Assembly: GCA_047495785.1 (NCBI GenBank)
Contig: JBLDXI010000019.1
Span: 2,852,001 to 2,916,000, forward strand
Direction: 5' to 3'
DNA from: Lepidodermella squamata
Taxonomy: Eukaryota; Animalia; Gastrotricha
DNA: 64,000 nt
The position numbers and the translations under genes are program-made. The stretch's first letter is position 1, and every line of letters begins with the position of its first letter. Positions 37,910-50,889 of this stretch are shown here, piece after piece. Below the pieces are notes generated by a model, which did not search any database, had not been told where the DNA came from, and saw only the letters and a list, made by a program, of their open reading frames with translations.

Positions 37910-40900
37910 CTAATTTTCATTGTCGTAGTTGGCGCGCACAAATTTGCAACCGCGTTCGAATCCGCAAACTGAAATGCGAAAAATTGAACAGAAACAGTAA
38001 ATTTTCCAAAATTATGACTCACCATCTTTTCCCATCGCAATTTTACCATAACCGTTCTCGCCCCACCTTAAGAGGAGATGAAATTAATTATGAGAAACGA
38101 AAAAATGTAAACTAGAAATTAACTCACAGTTCTGACCAGTAGTTTTTAACTGAGACCAGAGATCGAAAAAAAAGAAAGTTATTGAACTCTTAAAATCAAA
38201 TTTGAAAAATTTACCTATCCAATAGCTTTCGCCTTTCGCAGTCTAAAAACAAATTAGAAAATCTGAAATTTCAAAAAACCTTTAAAATGCGTTACCTGGC
38301 CCCAGCCGATAAGTAGCAAAACCTTGTTTAAATTAAATTAGGTAACAATTGAAAATGTGATTATTCTCGTCTCACGTGATTTCGTTTATTTGGTGTGCAA
38401 TCGGAAGCGTTCGAAAATATGCCTGTTTTTATTTTGAAAAATTGAAATTAATTAATTAATTCAAAATTAAGAAATAATAGCATACCTGTAGTGTAGCCGA
38501 AAAATAGTCGACTGACGCTCATTTCGCAAGTAATCGGGCCGTATTTTCGCAAAAACTAAACCGAAATTGTTAAACAATATCAGCGAAATTCTAATGACGA
38601 CTCACGTTTTGAAGTTGCTCGGCGGTCGAAGCTCCGGTACGGGCCTGAATCGGAACCTTGCCAAAGTAAGGCTTTTCAAGCGAAACCGGCGTGTAAGGAT
38701 CGCAAGTATCCTGGCTGCACTGAGCCGTGTTGGCCGCAGCTCGGTACGCATAGCCCTCTTGATTGCAAATGTAGCTATACTCTCCGGCGTGCTGGTATAC
38801 CGCATAGGTGTAACCACTGACGCAGCCTTGAATCAAAATTTAGCAGAATTTCAGAGAATTTTTCTCGAGACAATGAGTTACCGCGATTGTTGCTGATGCA
38901 GTCCATAAATTGTTGTTCGGCAAAAATGACACGCTCGCCAGTGTTGATGCAATGAACCAATTCGATAGCCGCTAATTACAGTTGTTGCGAAAAATGCTCC
39001 GAAAATTACCTAAAATAACTCACCAACTCCAGCTAAAAAAAAAGAAAAAAATTAATGATTACAATCGCAACGATTTTGAATTTCAATTTTTTTTAATATT
39101 TTTTATATAAATCTATCGATTTATATAAAAAATTGGGCTAAGAGAATTCTTGAGGAAATAAAATTTCGAAAATGTTGAAATACCAAATGCCCAGCAGCTC
39201 GCACACTGGCCCTGGTCCTTGACGGGTGTCACGCAGTCAGGCTTCTCCACTTCCCAGTTGAAGGTCGGCTGATTGCCACGGAGCAGCGTGATTTCAGCCT
39301 CAGCAGGCATATCTACGACGTGTTCTTCATCGGGAAGCAACGGCGGCGGCAGGGCCAAAGTGCCAGCGAATCGATTCAGGTCGACCTTGTAGCTGCAATT
39401 TAAACCAGGTCACGTTAACATCACGCAACAAGAAAGTAATAATGGGGAAGGCAAACGTTTTATTGCGCCAGCCACTTTTTATATAGGTCAAAAATTTTAG
39501 CCATCAGAAATTAAATGACTTTTGCATAGTGAAAAACAATAAAACAAATAAATTCAATTTAGAAATTGAAAAAGGCTTTGAAGTGAATTTGATAATTTGA
39601 TAGTTTTCGGCGAATGAGGTTGAATTGATTACCTGACTTTACCGGCGCTGTATGCAGCATTCGTTTCCCGGACAAGTTTGAAATTTTCAGAGAATGCCTT
39701 CAGCATAGCGTCGCATTCTGGAGTGCCACGGCGGCACTTCTTGTCGTGCCTTGCGAGCCAAACGCGGAAAGCTTTTTCGGCCTCGGTATCCAAAACAATC
39801 GGACCCTTGAAAAATAATAAAATAAATCAGCTTCGATTAACAAAATTTCCATCGCAATATTACTAAGTAAAATTAAAAAAGCTATCGGAATTTGGAGAAA
39901 ATGCAGAAATTTCAGATTTAAAATTTGAAAAATAAAAGTTTAAAATTTATCTTAAATTTCATTTTTTCTAGTTTTCTGCTGCGAACTTGGAATACTAACT
40001 TTTGGCTTGTTGTCTTCAACAGGAGCCACTTTCTCCACCTCTTCGTCGCCTTCGCCCAAGATCTCATCCCCTTCCTCCTCCTCCTCTTCTTCATCTTGAT
40101 TTTCGCCGCCTTTACCGGTGCTCAACAGGACGACCTGCATTTTCCGTAAGGAAAGATTGAAACAAAAAAAACACCGTTATTCAATACCACATCGCAAATT
40201 TTATTTTATCTCTTAACTTTTTAAATTTAAGAAAAAAGTGACAGATAGCGAGAAAAAGAGGCAATGGTGTTTCATAGAAATAAAGAAAAATGCGATAAAA
40301 GAAATATTCGCATTTTTCTATGATATCATATTGAGCAGATTTTTTGATATGATGAGGACAAGAGATGATGATTCAGGGTCACAGATAATAAATATTAGAC
40401 AAAAAATGTTCGAGTTTTGAGAGCCCTATCTACATAGCGTTACGTCTACATGAAAAGCTCCTCGAGCTCTTCGCCTTCTTCTACCTCTTCGTGAGCGGCG
40501 CCTTGCTCCGCCGGCGCCTCAGTCGTTGTCGCTTGCGTTGTCGCGTCGTTCACGTCGCCTTCCTCGACCTGCTCGTCGTCGGGCACGTCCGCATCGGGCT
40601 GTGGCGCCTGGGTCGTTGGCGCTGCGGGCGTCGTAGTCGCGGCGGCCGTGGTTGTAGTCGGACGGCGCGTCCTCTTCGAGCACTTTTTACGAGTTGTCGT
40701 CGCGGGCTGACGAATTGAAGAAGAAAGGAAAAATAGTTGAAAGTTGAAATTTAATTTTAAGATAGACTAATATAAATTTTCGAAATTTAGAAAAATTTTA
40801 AAATTTAATTTAAAATTTAATTTAAAATTTAAACTTCCGTCTTGAATTTTTCGAATCTACCATCTACTTCGGATGTCTCATTTTCAATCGATTTTATACT

Positions 40901-42553
40901 TGATGATTTTTTTATGTAAAACCTGCCGTGAAATTTTAAAACGACGTCAAGGTCATTATTCTCCATGCACAATTTAATTTGGGATTGTTCATCCTTGCGT
41001 CGGTTCCCAGTGAAATTTGGTTCCCATGAAAATTAAAAAAATCGCCACAGCTGGTTTGGCTCGTCATTTTGATAATTTTGTTGACCGACGAAACTTAGCG
41101 CGAGACTTACCGTTGTAACGTCAGGCAGCGCTGTAGTCGCCTTGGTGGTCGTCTTCGTGCGGCACTTTTTCTTTGTCGTCGGTTGAGGCTTTAATGGCGA
41201 AAAATCGAAAAGTCTAAAATTCAACCACAAATAAAACAGCCAAAAAACCAACCGTGGTGACGTCAGGTAGAGCAGTTGTAGTCACCGTCGTAGTCTTTGT
41301 ACGGCACTTTTTCTTCGTGGTCGGTTGAGGCTAACAAATCGAAATTAAAAAAAAATTAAAAAAAAAATTAAAAATAGGAAAAAAACCCAACCGTAGTGAC
41401 ATCAGGCAGTGCTGTCGTCGTCGTCGTCGTTTTGGATCGGCAACGTTTCTTTGTCGTCGGCTGGGGCTGTTGAATAAAAAAATGAAAATAAATCCGATAC
41501 AAAGCCGGGTGATAAATAAAACCGTGGTGATATCCGGCAGAGTTGTTGCGACAGTTGTTGTCGTAGTCTTGCGGCACCTCTTCTTCGTTGTTGTAGTTGT
41601 CGGTTCAGGCTGAGAAAATAAAATTCATATTAACCGGTAAAGTTTAAAAAATTCCGAATTTAAAAAATGCCCGGAAACCAAAATAATTATATGGAAAAAC
41701 TCGTTTTGAATGAAGCTTAATTTTTTTTAAATTTAATTTCCAAAATTTTCAAAATTCAATAAATGAACTAGTACCACTACAAAATTCCTAGATTCCCCAA
41801 TCTTAAATTTTGCTTGAAAAATTACCGTTGTAACGTCAGGTAGAGTAGTTGTTGGCACGGTAGTAGTGGTCTATGAAAATTTAACAAACAAATAGAAATT
41901 CTAAAACGAAGTCTCCTCTATTATTGCTCACCGTAGTTCTTACACATTTTTTCGTGGTCGTTCGAACGCAAGCCTTCTTGGTCTACAAAACAATTTGAAA
42001 ATCAGAGAAAATCTTGAAGATTCAGCAGAAAATTACCGTTGTTGCTTTGCATTGTTTAGCAGTCTATATAAAATAAGGAATAATTGTAAAAAAAACATTC
42101 CGAAATTTGAAGAAAAGCTCACCGTGAGCTTGGTCAACAAATCGCCCTGGGTCGTGTGCTTGCATCGATGAGGCCACTTTTTCCGGCGGAAGAAGGTGGG
42201 CTAAAATTTGAAAACAAAAATATTCAATAAATAATAAATAATGTTACGATTCAACTGGACAACAAGAATAAATTTGATGCTGAATTTGAAAAGAATAAAT
42301 AAAAATTACTCGGTGAGCATATCGCTTGGGCTGGTCACTGGACTGTAAAAACAATAATAATTAAGGTCTCTCGATTGATAGATAGTAGATTCGAGAGCCT
42401 TACATCGTTGTCGCTGTCGACGCTCGCAGTCGATTCTTCGGTATCGTCGTCGTCATTCCAGCTATCTTGCCGAATTCGCCGAGCTCGCCCGGCCTCGGTG
42501 AAGTGAATCAGCGCAAAACAGGCCAAGGCAATTAATGCCAGAGTCAGCTTCAT
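37910..42553 (-). CDS. Secreted papain-family (C1A) protease with a long Thr/Lys/Cys-rich and acidic N-terminal extension; about 24 coding exons
   Basis: Signal MKLTLALIALACFALIHFTEA; phase-0 small exons (PQPTTKKKCRTKTTT...LPDVTT); I29-like AFSENFKLVRETN...LNRFAG; QGQCASCWAF-AGV-AAIE; RNH|VLLLIGWG; YWIVKNYWSELWGENGY; ends VCGFERGCKFVRANYDNEN* at 37910. The link between the repeat region and the protease at 40134-40450 is ambiguous. Confidence 0.78.
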
Positions 42554-42798
42554 ATTTCCTACAAAAATTAATGTCCCAGTTGCCTATTTATAATTGACAG
42601 CCTAAATTCCCTAAAACATCATAGAAAATTCAGCGTGACTGGAAAAATAGTTGAAAAATTGTTAAAAATTTACCGGCTGTAATGATTGGAGATTTCAACG
42701 GTGTTTTGAAAATGAAAAACAAAATAGGCGATGAGGCGATGAATCGCGCGCGGTCGTAGACCTGATGGCGCTTGGCCGATCATGAAACAATCGTTATG

Positions 42799-42809
42799 GG
42801 CACGTGCGC
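42799..42809. promoter_or_regulatory. E-box-containing motif GGCACGTGCGC upstream of protease gene 2
   Basis: Identical to 37193-37203. Confidence 0.4.
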
Positions 42810-43337
42810 GGAAAAGCTGTTGATGGTTGGACAGGTCGCGCGCCCGTTAAATCGCGCCCTTTGTTATTGCCCGTGTGATTTCAATTTTATGAATGGTGTT
42901 TTTCAAAAAAATTCTACGCTATAATTTTGAAGTATTTTTTTAACGCAATCAACGTTTAAACCCGGAAACCAAAACACCGAACGTTACCGTTTACCGTATT
43001 ATATCCGATCTATAAAAATTGATTGAATATTATTTCCACTGGCAGCTCGTCCGCGGCGATTAGAAAATGGTCAACTCATGATTTTCCGATTATTCGGCGA
43101 TTGAATAATATGGGGTGATTATTCCTAAAATCTGATGACCCCAGCAAAATTATTGCCCCGTGGGTAATTTTCAAAGGCACTGTGTTCAGCGTAAAAATTA
43201 GGGTAGATTAGTTTCATCATCATCTCGAGCTGCTCGCTCACCTGGGCTACCTATTCAAAACTGTCCTCATTTTGGACAAACTCTACTTGGAAAAAATTCA
43301 ACAATTTTTTGGATAGCTCTTTTTTCTGCAGCAGATT

Positions 43338-44212
43338 TCTTTTTTCAGCAGCAGAATACTTTTTTCTGCAGCAGATACTTTTCCCAGCAGCAGATACTTT
43401 TTTCAGCAGCAGGTTATACTTTTTTCAGCAGCAAATTTCAAAATATCGATTTTCATTAAAAAAATGTAACCATTTTGATAGACACGATTTCCTGAGTTCA
43501 AATATGTATACATATTTCGTTATAAGCAGCAACCGCGCCTAAAATGATTTATTTCCATATACTCGTCATTACTCTTATTAGATTTAACATCAGAGAATGG
43601 AAAGTCAGTTAATTCAGTCTGTTCTATCAAGAAAAATTCAGCGGCCTAGGGCCATGTAGTGTGCACCCGTGTAAAACAAGGATATAGTCCCTATTCGCCT
43701 TGACGAACGTCTACGGCGTTAAAATCATCGTCTTTACTGAAAACAGCAAGATTGAAATCTTTGAAATCAAGATTGAAACGCCGTAGACGTTCGTCAAGGC
43801 GAATAGGGCCTCATTACCTGCCCAATAGCCTGGGCGCCTCAGTTTCTGTACTGCAATAGAATCGTTCTTGGTGTAACCACGCCCAGGAGACTCCTTCTCA
43901 GCAACACCGGCCATAAACGGCATCAAATCATCTTCATTTGCCATCATCCACTCCACTACTTGCTGCCGCATAGTGATATGATCCTCCTGCGAGCCATTCA
44001 TCAAAAGGGCAAACGCCCGAAGTGCGCAGTTATGTATATGTATACATATTTGAACTCAGGAAATCGTGTCTATCAAAATGGTTACATTTTTTTAATGAAA
44101 ATCGATATTTTGAAATTTGCTGCTGAAAAAAGTATAACCTGCTGCTGAAAAAAGTATCTGCTGCTGGGAAAAGTATCTGCTGCAGAAAAAAGTATTCTGC
44201 TGCTGAAAAAAG
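43338..44212. mobile_element. Foldback-like element with ~175-bp near-perfect inverted arms whose outer parts are tandem ~20-bp units
   Basis: 43338-43515 is the reverse complement of ~44037-44212; unit ttttt(t/c)cagcagcagata. Confidence 0.75.
43638..44031 (-). pseudogene. Disrupted OTU deubiquitinase domain inside the foldback element
   Basis: NCALRAFALLMNGSQEDHITMRQQVVEWM (Cys box, lacking the usual DG), YWAGNEALFALTNVYGVSI, and an out-of-frame His box SLFYTGAHYMAL after an internal inverted duplication. Confidence 0.7.
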
Positions 44213-45721
44213 GTTTCTTCAATTTTTTGGCGACATTAAGAGCCCTCGTAAAAACCAAAATAATGCGGCCAGTGCCAGCCATCTTATTAGACAGGAATAA
44301 TAATTAGTATTAAGTTAATTTGACAGTTGAGCTATTTAGGATTTACAAAGCTTGAGTTTAATTTGCAACAAATAATATCCCAATATTTCATATTTTAAAT
44401 CTTTGCAATTGTTAGGGATTTAATTTAAGTTTTATTAAGCCCTGGCTGCTAAGGTATCAGAAATTGAAACCTCAAGATTCATGATTCATCCAAAGTATTC
44501 TAATATCATTAAATCCGGGAACCGTTTGCTCGGGTTACTTACGTCGACCCGTTGTATCGATTCATCCACGCCAAAATCAACTAGGATTTAATGACTGCAA
44601 CTAGGACTGCAAGATTTCAGTTCACGAAACCATTTTCCCCCGTAAATTTTGCGAACAACACCGTAAAATTCGATCGGCGGAAAATCGCAGAAAAATCGGT
44701 CGTAAAAAGCGAAAATTGGAGAATTTTTATGACTCACTTTTGAGGTTTTTTAGTCCAATATTTTAAACCACGCGCGCACTTGAAAACAAGTCGATCAGTT
44801 ATCTATCGTCAGTAAATTCTGGTTTATATTAGGCCGCCTTCAATAGAGACGCCCCACATCAAATGGTCACCCATTTTTACTCCTTATAAGGATCGACAAC
44901 ATTTATCAGCTTTTCACCATTTACGGCATTCTTCTTTTGAATATGACTTCCCTTTTAGCAGTTTCTCATCATAATTATAACATTTTTGATTATTTAATTG
45001 CCTAATACTGTTCTAGATGTGCCAGTCATACCAAAATCACAAATATTCCTATCCTCAAAGGCAGAATTTGGACTCTGGAACACAACGAGGTCGAAATTTG
45101 GGATGATATTGATATCTTGGTTGAAAAATTAGAACTTTGAGTTTTGATTCCACGGGAAAAAAATGTTTCCATTCTTGAAAGTTCTTTGGTTTACGCCTGG
45201 AGGCCGCTGTAATTACGCGTGCTCACAAAAAATGTTCTCGAAATTATTTCTCAATTTTTGCTCATTTCCTAAAAGATGGCTTGACCCAAATTCAGACTGG
45301 CAAATAAACACGGCTATATATTGCAGATCGTTATTACTTCCCTTTAAATTTGTCTATCTTTCGACGCTGAATAGAAGAAATGAAGAATAAAATCTCTCCA
45401 TCTGAGCCAATTTGCTTCCAATTCACCCGGATTTTTTAATTTTCAGCAAAATTCACGATAAAATAAAGCCAACGCTGATTTATTGCGACATGGTATTACA
45501 ACAAATTTATCAAGCGAGGTGACGCGTTATTGGAATTCGATATATTCATCTACTATTACCACAAGCTCAAACATCCGATGTGCACTAGGCAGAATAGTAA
45601 ATATAGAGGCAGCAAAAAAGCGTAACTGAAAATTCCCACTCACCATAACTCGATAGTATTGCGGTGTATTTTAGACATTTTACTGAAGAAATTTTAGCCT
45701 AACAAAATTCGGACTCCTAAC

Positions 45722-48700
45722 ATGAACTACTCATCAGAAATCACCGAAGCCATCGAAGCGTGTCGAAAATTCGGTTTCAACGCAGCGTCAACAGCTAGAA
45801 AAATGCTCGACACAAAATTTCATCCTAAAAACCGAAAATCGATCGATCGAATTTTCATCCCGGAATTCTTAAACAAAATCAGCGAATTTCCTGAAGAAGC
45901 TATCGCTTTGTTTTGCGATAAAATGCTCGAAACAAAAGATCTCGAGGGATTCCTATTATTCCTAATAAATTCAGACCTGCTGATGATCGATCATCTACTG
46001 ACTACGACTTTTTCGATGTCAAACTGCGAAAAATCTGATCGAATCGCCGAAATTCGATTTGCGATGATTCGATTCATGTACAGCGATTTGACAGTATTCT
46101 CCTGCCCTGACTACATCAACAGTTCGCCACAAAAAGTCAGGATTTACCACGATTCAACTTTTGCAAAAATTCAGAATTACATGCCACGGACTAGCGATGT
46201 TTACCTGAAGGCAAAATTCGAAGGACTCTGTTCGAGAAATTCAAGGCATAGCTGTCTAGTTTTACACGGCGATTCTGGCCTTGGGAAAACCATGGCTGCC
46301 ACACATGCCGTAGTTCTGAATGAACCTCTACTTAAATCTTGCGGCATCACCACAATTGCATGGTTGAACTGCTCGATCGTCCCGGCTAATAGCAGAAACT
46401 ATTTAGCGAGAAATGCCTTTTTCGAAAATTTAGCCAGGATTTTCAGCTTGAAATACCACTATGGAGATGTTAATGAAGTCGACTTCGTCGTCCGAAGGTT
46501 CCTGCGCGACTATTCAGCTCCGAATAGGAAGATTCTGCTAGTCCTCGACAACATCAGCCATCCCTACATCCTCAAACTTGCAGAGAATCTGGGTGAAAAT
46601 GTCCCCGTTCTGGCGACGAGTAGAAATTCCACATTCAAACATTTTCATGATTTCAATGAAATTCAAATCATGCATATGGCCGATGAACGTATTACCGAAC
46701 TTGCCAATCAGGAACAACCAGAGTTATGCTTAGGATCGCCATTTGTTGCTTCAGTTGTCGGTTCCAGAATCCTAGGCCCAGCTTCAGAATCCGCCGTTTT
46801 CAGCTCAAATTGGACACCTTACGAAGTCGACTGCCTGAAACTGCTTAAACAAGTTTTCGATGACCTGTCTGAAGTAGATAAGAAGCGATACCTAGTATTT
46901 CTATTATACATCCCAGAGATTCCATTCGCGCTTGAAGATTTAGCTATTTTATGGAATTTCGAAGATTTGAGCCTAGTTAAGCAGCAGATCGCAATTTTCT
47001 TGGAGAAATCACTGGTTAAGAAAACAGAAGAATCAAAGTTCGCAATTCATCCAATGCTATTCGATGTGGCCTACCATTACGCCGTAAAGTATTACAGGCT
47101 CGATCCTTACTCGGCTATCATCGACGTAAGGCGATACATTTTGTTGGAAAATCGCGAATGGTTTGAAAAAATTGTGACTAACAAAAGGGTCCAACTTCTC
47201 GAAGCTATTGTCGAACATTTTCTCAGTGAAGAATGCTATTCCTTGGGAACTAAAGACGTTCTGCTCGAATATTTCTTTCCCAATGAGGAGAGTACTCCTC
47301 TTACGATCCTTATCGATTCCAAGCTGGAGAAGCGATTTGACAAGACTGGAAATATTGGGTTGGCAACTCTTGGAAAAATTCTGAACAAATTACTCGAAAA
47401 GGAGTATTCCAGTATCGACAAGTCCTATTTCGCTAGATTCAAGAGAATTTTCAGTAAGCCACAAGATGAGTCACGTGACTACCGACTAATTGCTTTGAAA
47501 CGATGCGAGAGTACTGGATTATGGCCTAAAATGCTGGAAACAGTGGAGAATGGACGATTTTGGTACGAAAACATCATGCTAACAGCTGCTGAGCTTGACT
47601 TCGATGAATTGGCGATAATGTTTCTCGACGATGAAGAATTCTTCAGCCGAATTGATGTGATTGATAATGACGGCGAGAATATGTTGATGAAAGCAGTTCG
47701 TGGTGGTAGTTTTAGAGTGGCATTGGCGATTCCGCAGTCGTACGATGCCGTTGAAGCTAAGGTGTACAACCAAGTGAATCGCAGTGGTGAAACTGCGATC
47801 ATGATTGCGATAACAGGTGACATTAGCGGATATTCCTACCTGGCGGAGACAATGATGAAAACTGGAAAGTGCGATTTCGCAATGGAGACGACGCCCGAAT
47901 TCGAGAGGACGCGATCAGTTGGTGCTCATTGCTTGTGGCGAATCAGGTAGGCTCCACAACATATTTTCGAGCCCCATCGGTTTCCTTCTCCCTTGTTCAC
48001 CTTGCCCATCGTTTCGCATTAATTTCTAACTACAGATCCCTTCAGACACTAAATTCAGATATCGCGGCCATATACCTATATATTATAATTAGCCGCATTT
48101 TCTTTTTCAGAAATCAAACCGAACCATCCGTTCTGGAAGAAATCTCCGTTATCGCTCACCTAGAGCCAGATGAAATCGAGTTTCTCGACGTAATTAAAGA
48201 CAATACGGAATATGGGGACAGTGCAAAGTTGAAACCTTGCGACGAGATTAACGACCTCCTGTTACGCAGCCTATTCGGCAACGAAATAACGGCGAATCTT
48301 TCGAAAAGCTCACGAAATCTCATGAAACAAATCTACAACTTCAACCATACAAAAGAGCTCGATTTGGACTCCCAAGGATTCAGCCTGAAAGATTTGTCCT
48401 TAGGTCTACTTCTCGCTTGTACTATTGGTAGTGAAGCTGCGGAAAGCCTCATTAAAAGAGGAGCGAATGTTGACGTGAGGAATCAAGTTTCCCCGGCCAG
48501 AACGGCTTTAATGGAAGCTACTAGAAATGGCAACGAGGCTGCAATGAAAACTCTCCTGGAAAACGGGGCAAACGTTCATGCGAGAGACGATCAAGCCCTG
48601 ACTGCCATTTACTACGCTGCTCGGCATGACAGAGATGTAATAATGCGACTTCTCATTGAAAAGGGAGCTAATGTCAAAGACAAGAATCGATACGGCGAAC

Positions 48701-49236
48701 CCGTTCTTAAAATCGCTGCGAAATGCGGCTCCGTTCAATGTACAGAATTTTTGTTGAAAAATGGCGTCAATATTGACTCCCCGGACGAAGATAACATGAC
48801 ATCGTTGATGGAAGCTTGTTATCAGGGTTTCGAAAACAACGTAGTCGCTTTGCTGATTTCATCGGGAGCGAAACTTGATGCAAAGGATGATTCAGGCTCA
48901 ACTCCTCTCATGTGTGCTATAATCACTCGTCACCCTAAAGTTGCTGCCATGATTTTGGACCACCCAATCGGAGCTAGCACGATAGACACAATGAATAATG
49001 AAGGCAATACCGCTCTAATGATGGCTGTTCAGTGTTTGAGTGATGATGAAACAATCAAGTTGTTGCTGGACCGGGGCGCTAGGTTGGATTTGCGGAATCC
49101 GAGGACGAATAAGACGGCTTTAGACATCGCGCTAGACGTATTGGACTGCTACCCGTCTTATGCTTACGCCTTGGGCTATCGGCCTCCGTTATGGCGGCGT
49201 GTCTGTGGATTTTTCGTATTGGAACTTATGGATTAA
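45722..49236 (+). CDS. APAF-1/CED-4-like NB-ARC (STAND) NTPase with C-terminal ankyrin repeats, copy 1 (about 1116 aa, 2 exons)
   Basis: Exons 45722-47946 and 48111-49236 (phase-2 GT-AG intron). Walker A GDSGLGKT, Walker B ILLVLDNI, LATSR, CLGSPF (GxP), LWN...LEKSLV...IHPML; ankyrin repeats TALMEA, TAIYYAA, TPLMCA, GNTALMMA, KTALDIA. Confidence 0.88.
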
Positions 49237-49444
49237 CGACTGCATCGATGTGACCGCCTAACCTATACATGTTTTGTCAGTGTAATAAGCTGAACATGCT
49301 ACTACTCATTGAATCCACTCCATTGTTAGGCTCAAACGTAAACTTCGGTAACTTTGGTAATAAAAATGTGGTATTCGGTCGGAAACTTTAACCTACAGAA
49401 GAATAAGAATGTTGAGTGAAAAAGATAGATCACAAATTGCTTAT

Positions 49445-49800
49445 TGCCAAAACGATCGGCCAAACGATCACTTTCGGGTGGCTGGTTTTTGAACCAGTCT
49501 CCTTTCCGCGACTATCCGCTTGAGGAAAAAGGTGGATGTCGTGGAAATGACGGCGCGATACAACCGCGGAGCATAAGGCGCTGATCCTTTGTTACCACCA
49601 TTGATAGTACACAAAGCTTGGAGGAGATTCGGCTTAGAGAGGGTCGCGTAGCTCATGGCCTTCATGATGAAGCTCATATGTTCAAACCAACCTTCACGGC
49701 CGAGCGCGGCCAGCTTAGCCTGTCGTACAGAGGCCCGCATCTGTGGGATCAAATGCCTCCGGTCGTTCACGACGCGTGGCCTGCAAAGGCGTGTCGCGAA
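49445..49800 (+). mobile_element. Decayed LINE (CR1/L2-like) ORF2 3' fragment, co-duplicated at ~56200-56400
   Basis: The peptide RGQLSLSYRGPHLWDQMPPVV resembles the SF.YRG..LWN.LP motif of CR1/L2 ORF2 C-termini; upstream frames are broken. Confidence 0.45.
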
Positions 49801-50889
49801 GATGAGTGCAGCTATGACCCGATTCAAGGCACTCAAGAGGCTGCGTGATATTTTCGAAGAGATAAAACTTAAAGCCTGTTGCTTGTTGCCAAAACTAGAT
49901 ATTGCATAGCGTTTGATAAGCATGACAAAAGAGAATATTTTATATGCGCAGTTATTCAGTACGCTGATGTTTCAGGTGATTGGTAGAAAAATAGGTTATA
50001 GCTGTTGCAGTGAATTAAGTAACACCTGAAAAAATCATGTGAAACTTGCATTGAAAACTGCAGTGACACGACCAATTCACCAAGCTCTCTTGACGACAAC
50101 GAGCGAGCGACCGTGGCTGATGAAAGACAGGAATGGCTGACTGCTGACTTTGACCTGGCATTTGGAAAAATAATGTATCGCGATCTAAATCGTGAGCCAA
50201 CGGCCGATATTGATTTAGCATTTAGCTTTTTTCGATAGATTGATTCGCCTTATCAGTTGATTCGCCTTATCCGAGTGCGGGGGTAAACATACCCCCCTGG
50301 CGTCCGAAAATTCGAAAAACGTAATGGTTAAGGGTACCCCCTGTTGGCTTGCAAATTTTGAGCTCGATTCACTCCCATAGAGCTGGACCTAGTCGGATCC
50401 CTGCGCCTTATTATTATTCGATCGCAGATATATTATTGTGTAGATATATTATCGCAGATGTATTAAACATTGAAATTGAAAATGCTAGTGATTACCTTTC
50501 GTGACTTTCAAATCTGATGAATCACCAATGACCCAAATTAAATTTTTACCCCCGGATTTATGCCATCGCATTCACCGATCAAAATTAGGCTAGAAGAACC
50601 TTATCGGCAGTTTGAAATATCAAAATGGTCGCTCACCTGCCAAAAATAGTACCTGTATTTCAAGTCGCATAAAATTCCTCGTCAACGCTAGAAATTCAGT
50701 ATTTCCTGCTTAGTCCAAAGCTTTCTAATGTTATTGAAATGATTATTATTATTATTATTAATTATTTATTAGTGGAAAAGCTACACAATTTTCTCGCTTC
50801 GCTCGCATTTTTGGGTGAAATTGAAACTCATTTTGAGCAACAAATTTTTTCTATTCCTTGGCAGCTCCGAGAAAACACCCTATACTGTA

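Noticed and set aside
47869-48110. N-terminal part of the 455-aa ORF as a separate ankyrin gene
   Set aside because: It overlaps exon 1 in another frame and reads through the 47947-48110 intron; it is not conserved in copy 2.
49468-49923. Duplicated minus-strand ORF (also 56158-56562) as a gene
   Set aside because: The similarity is explained by the segmental duplication. The second copy is split by an insertion, and the plus strand looks LINE-derived.
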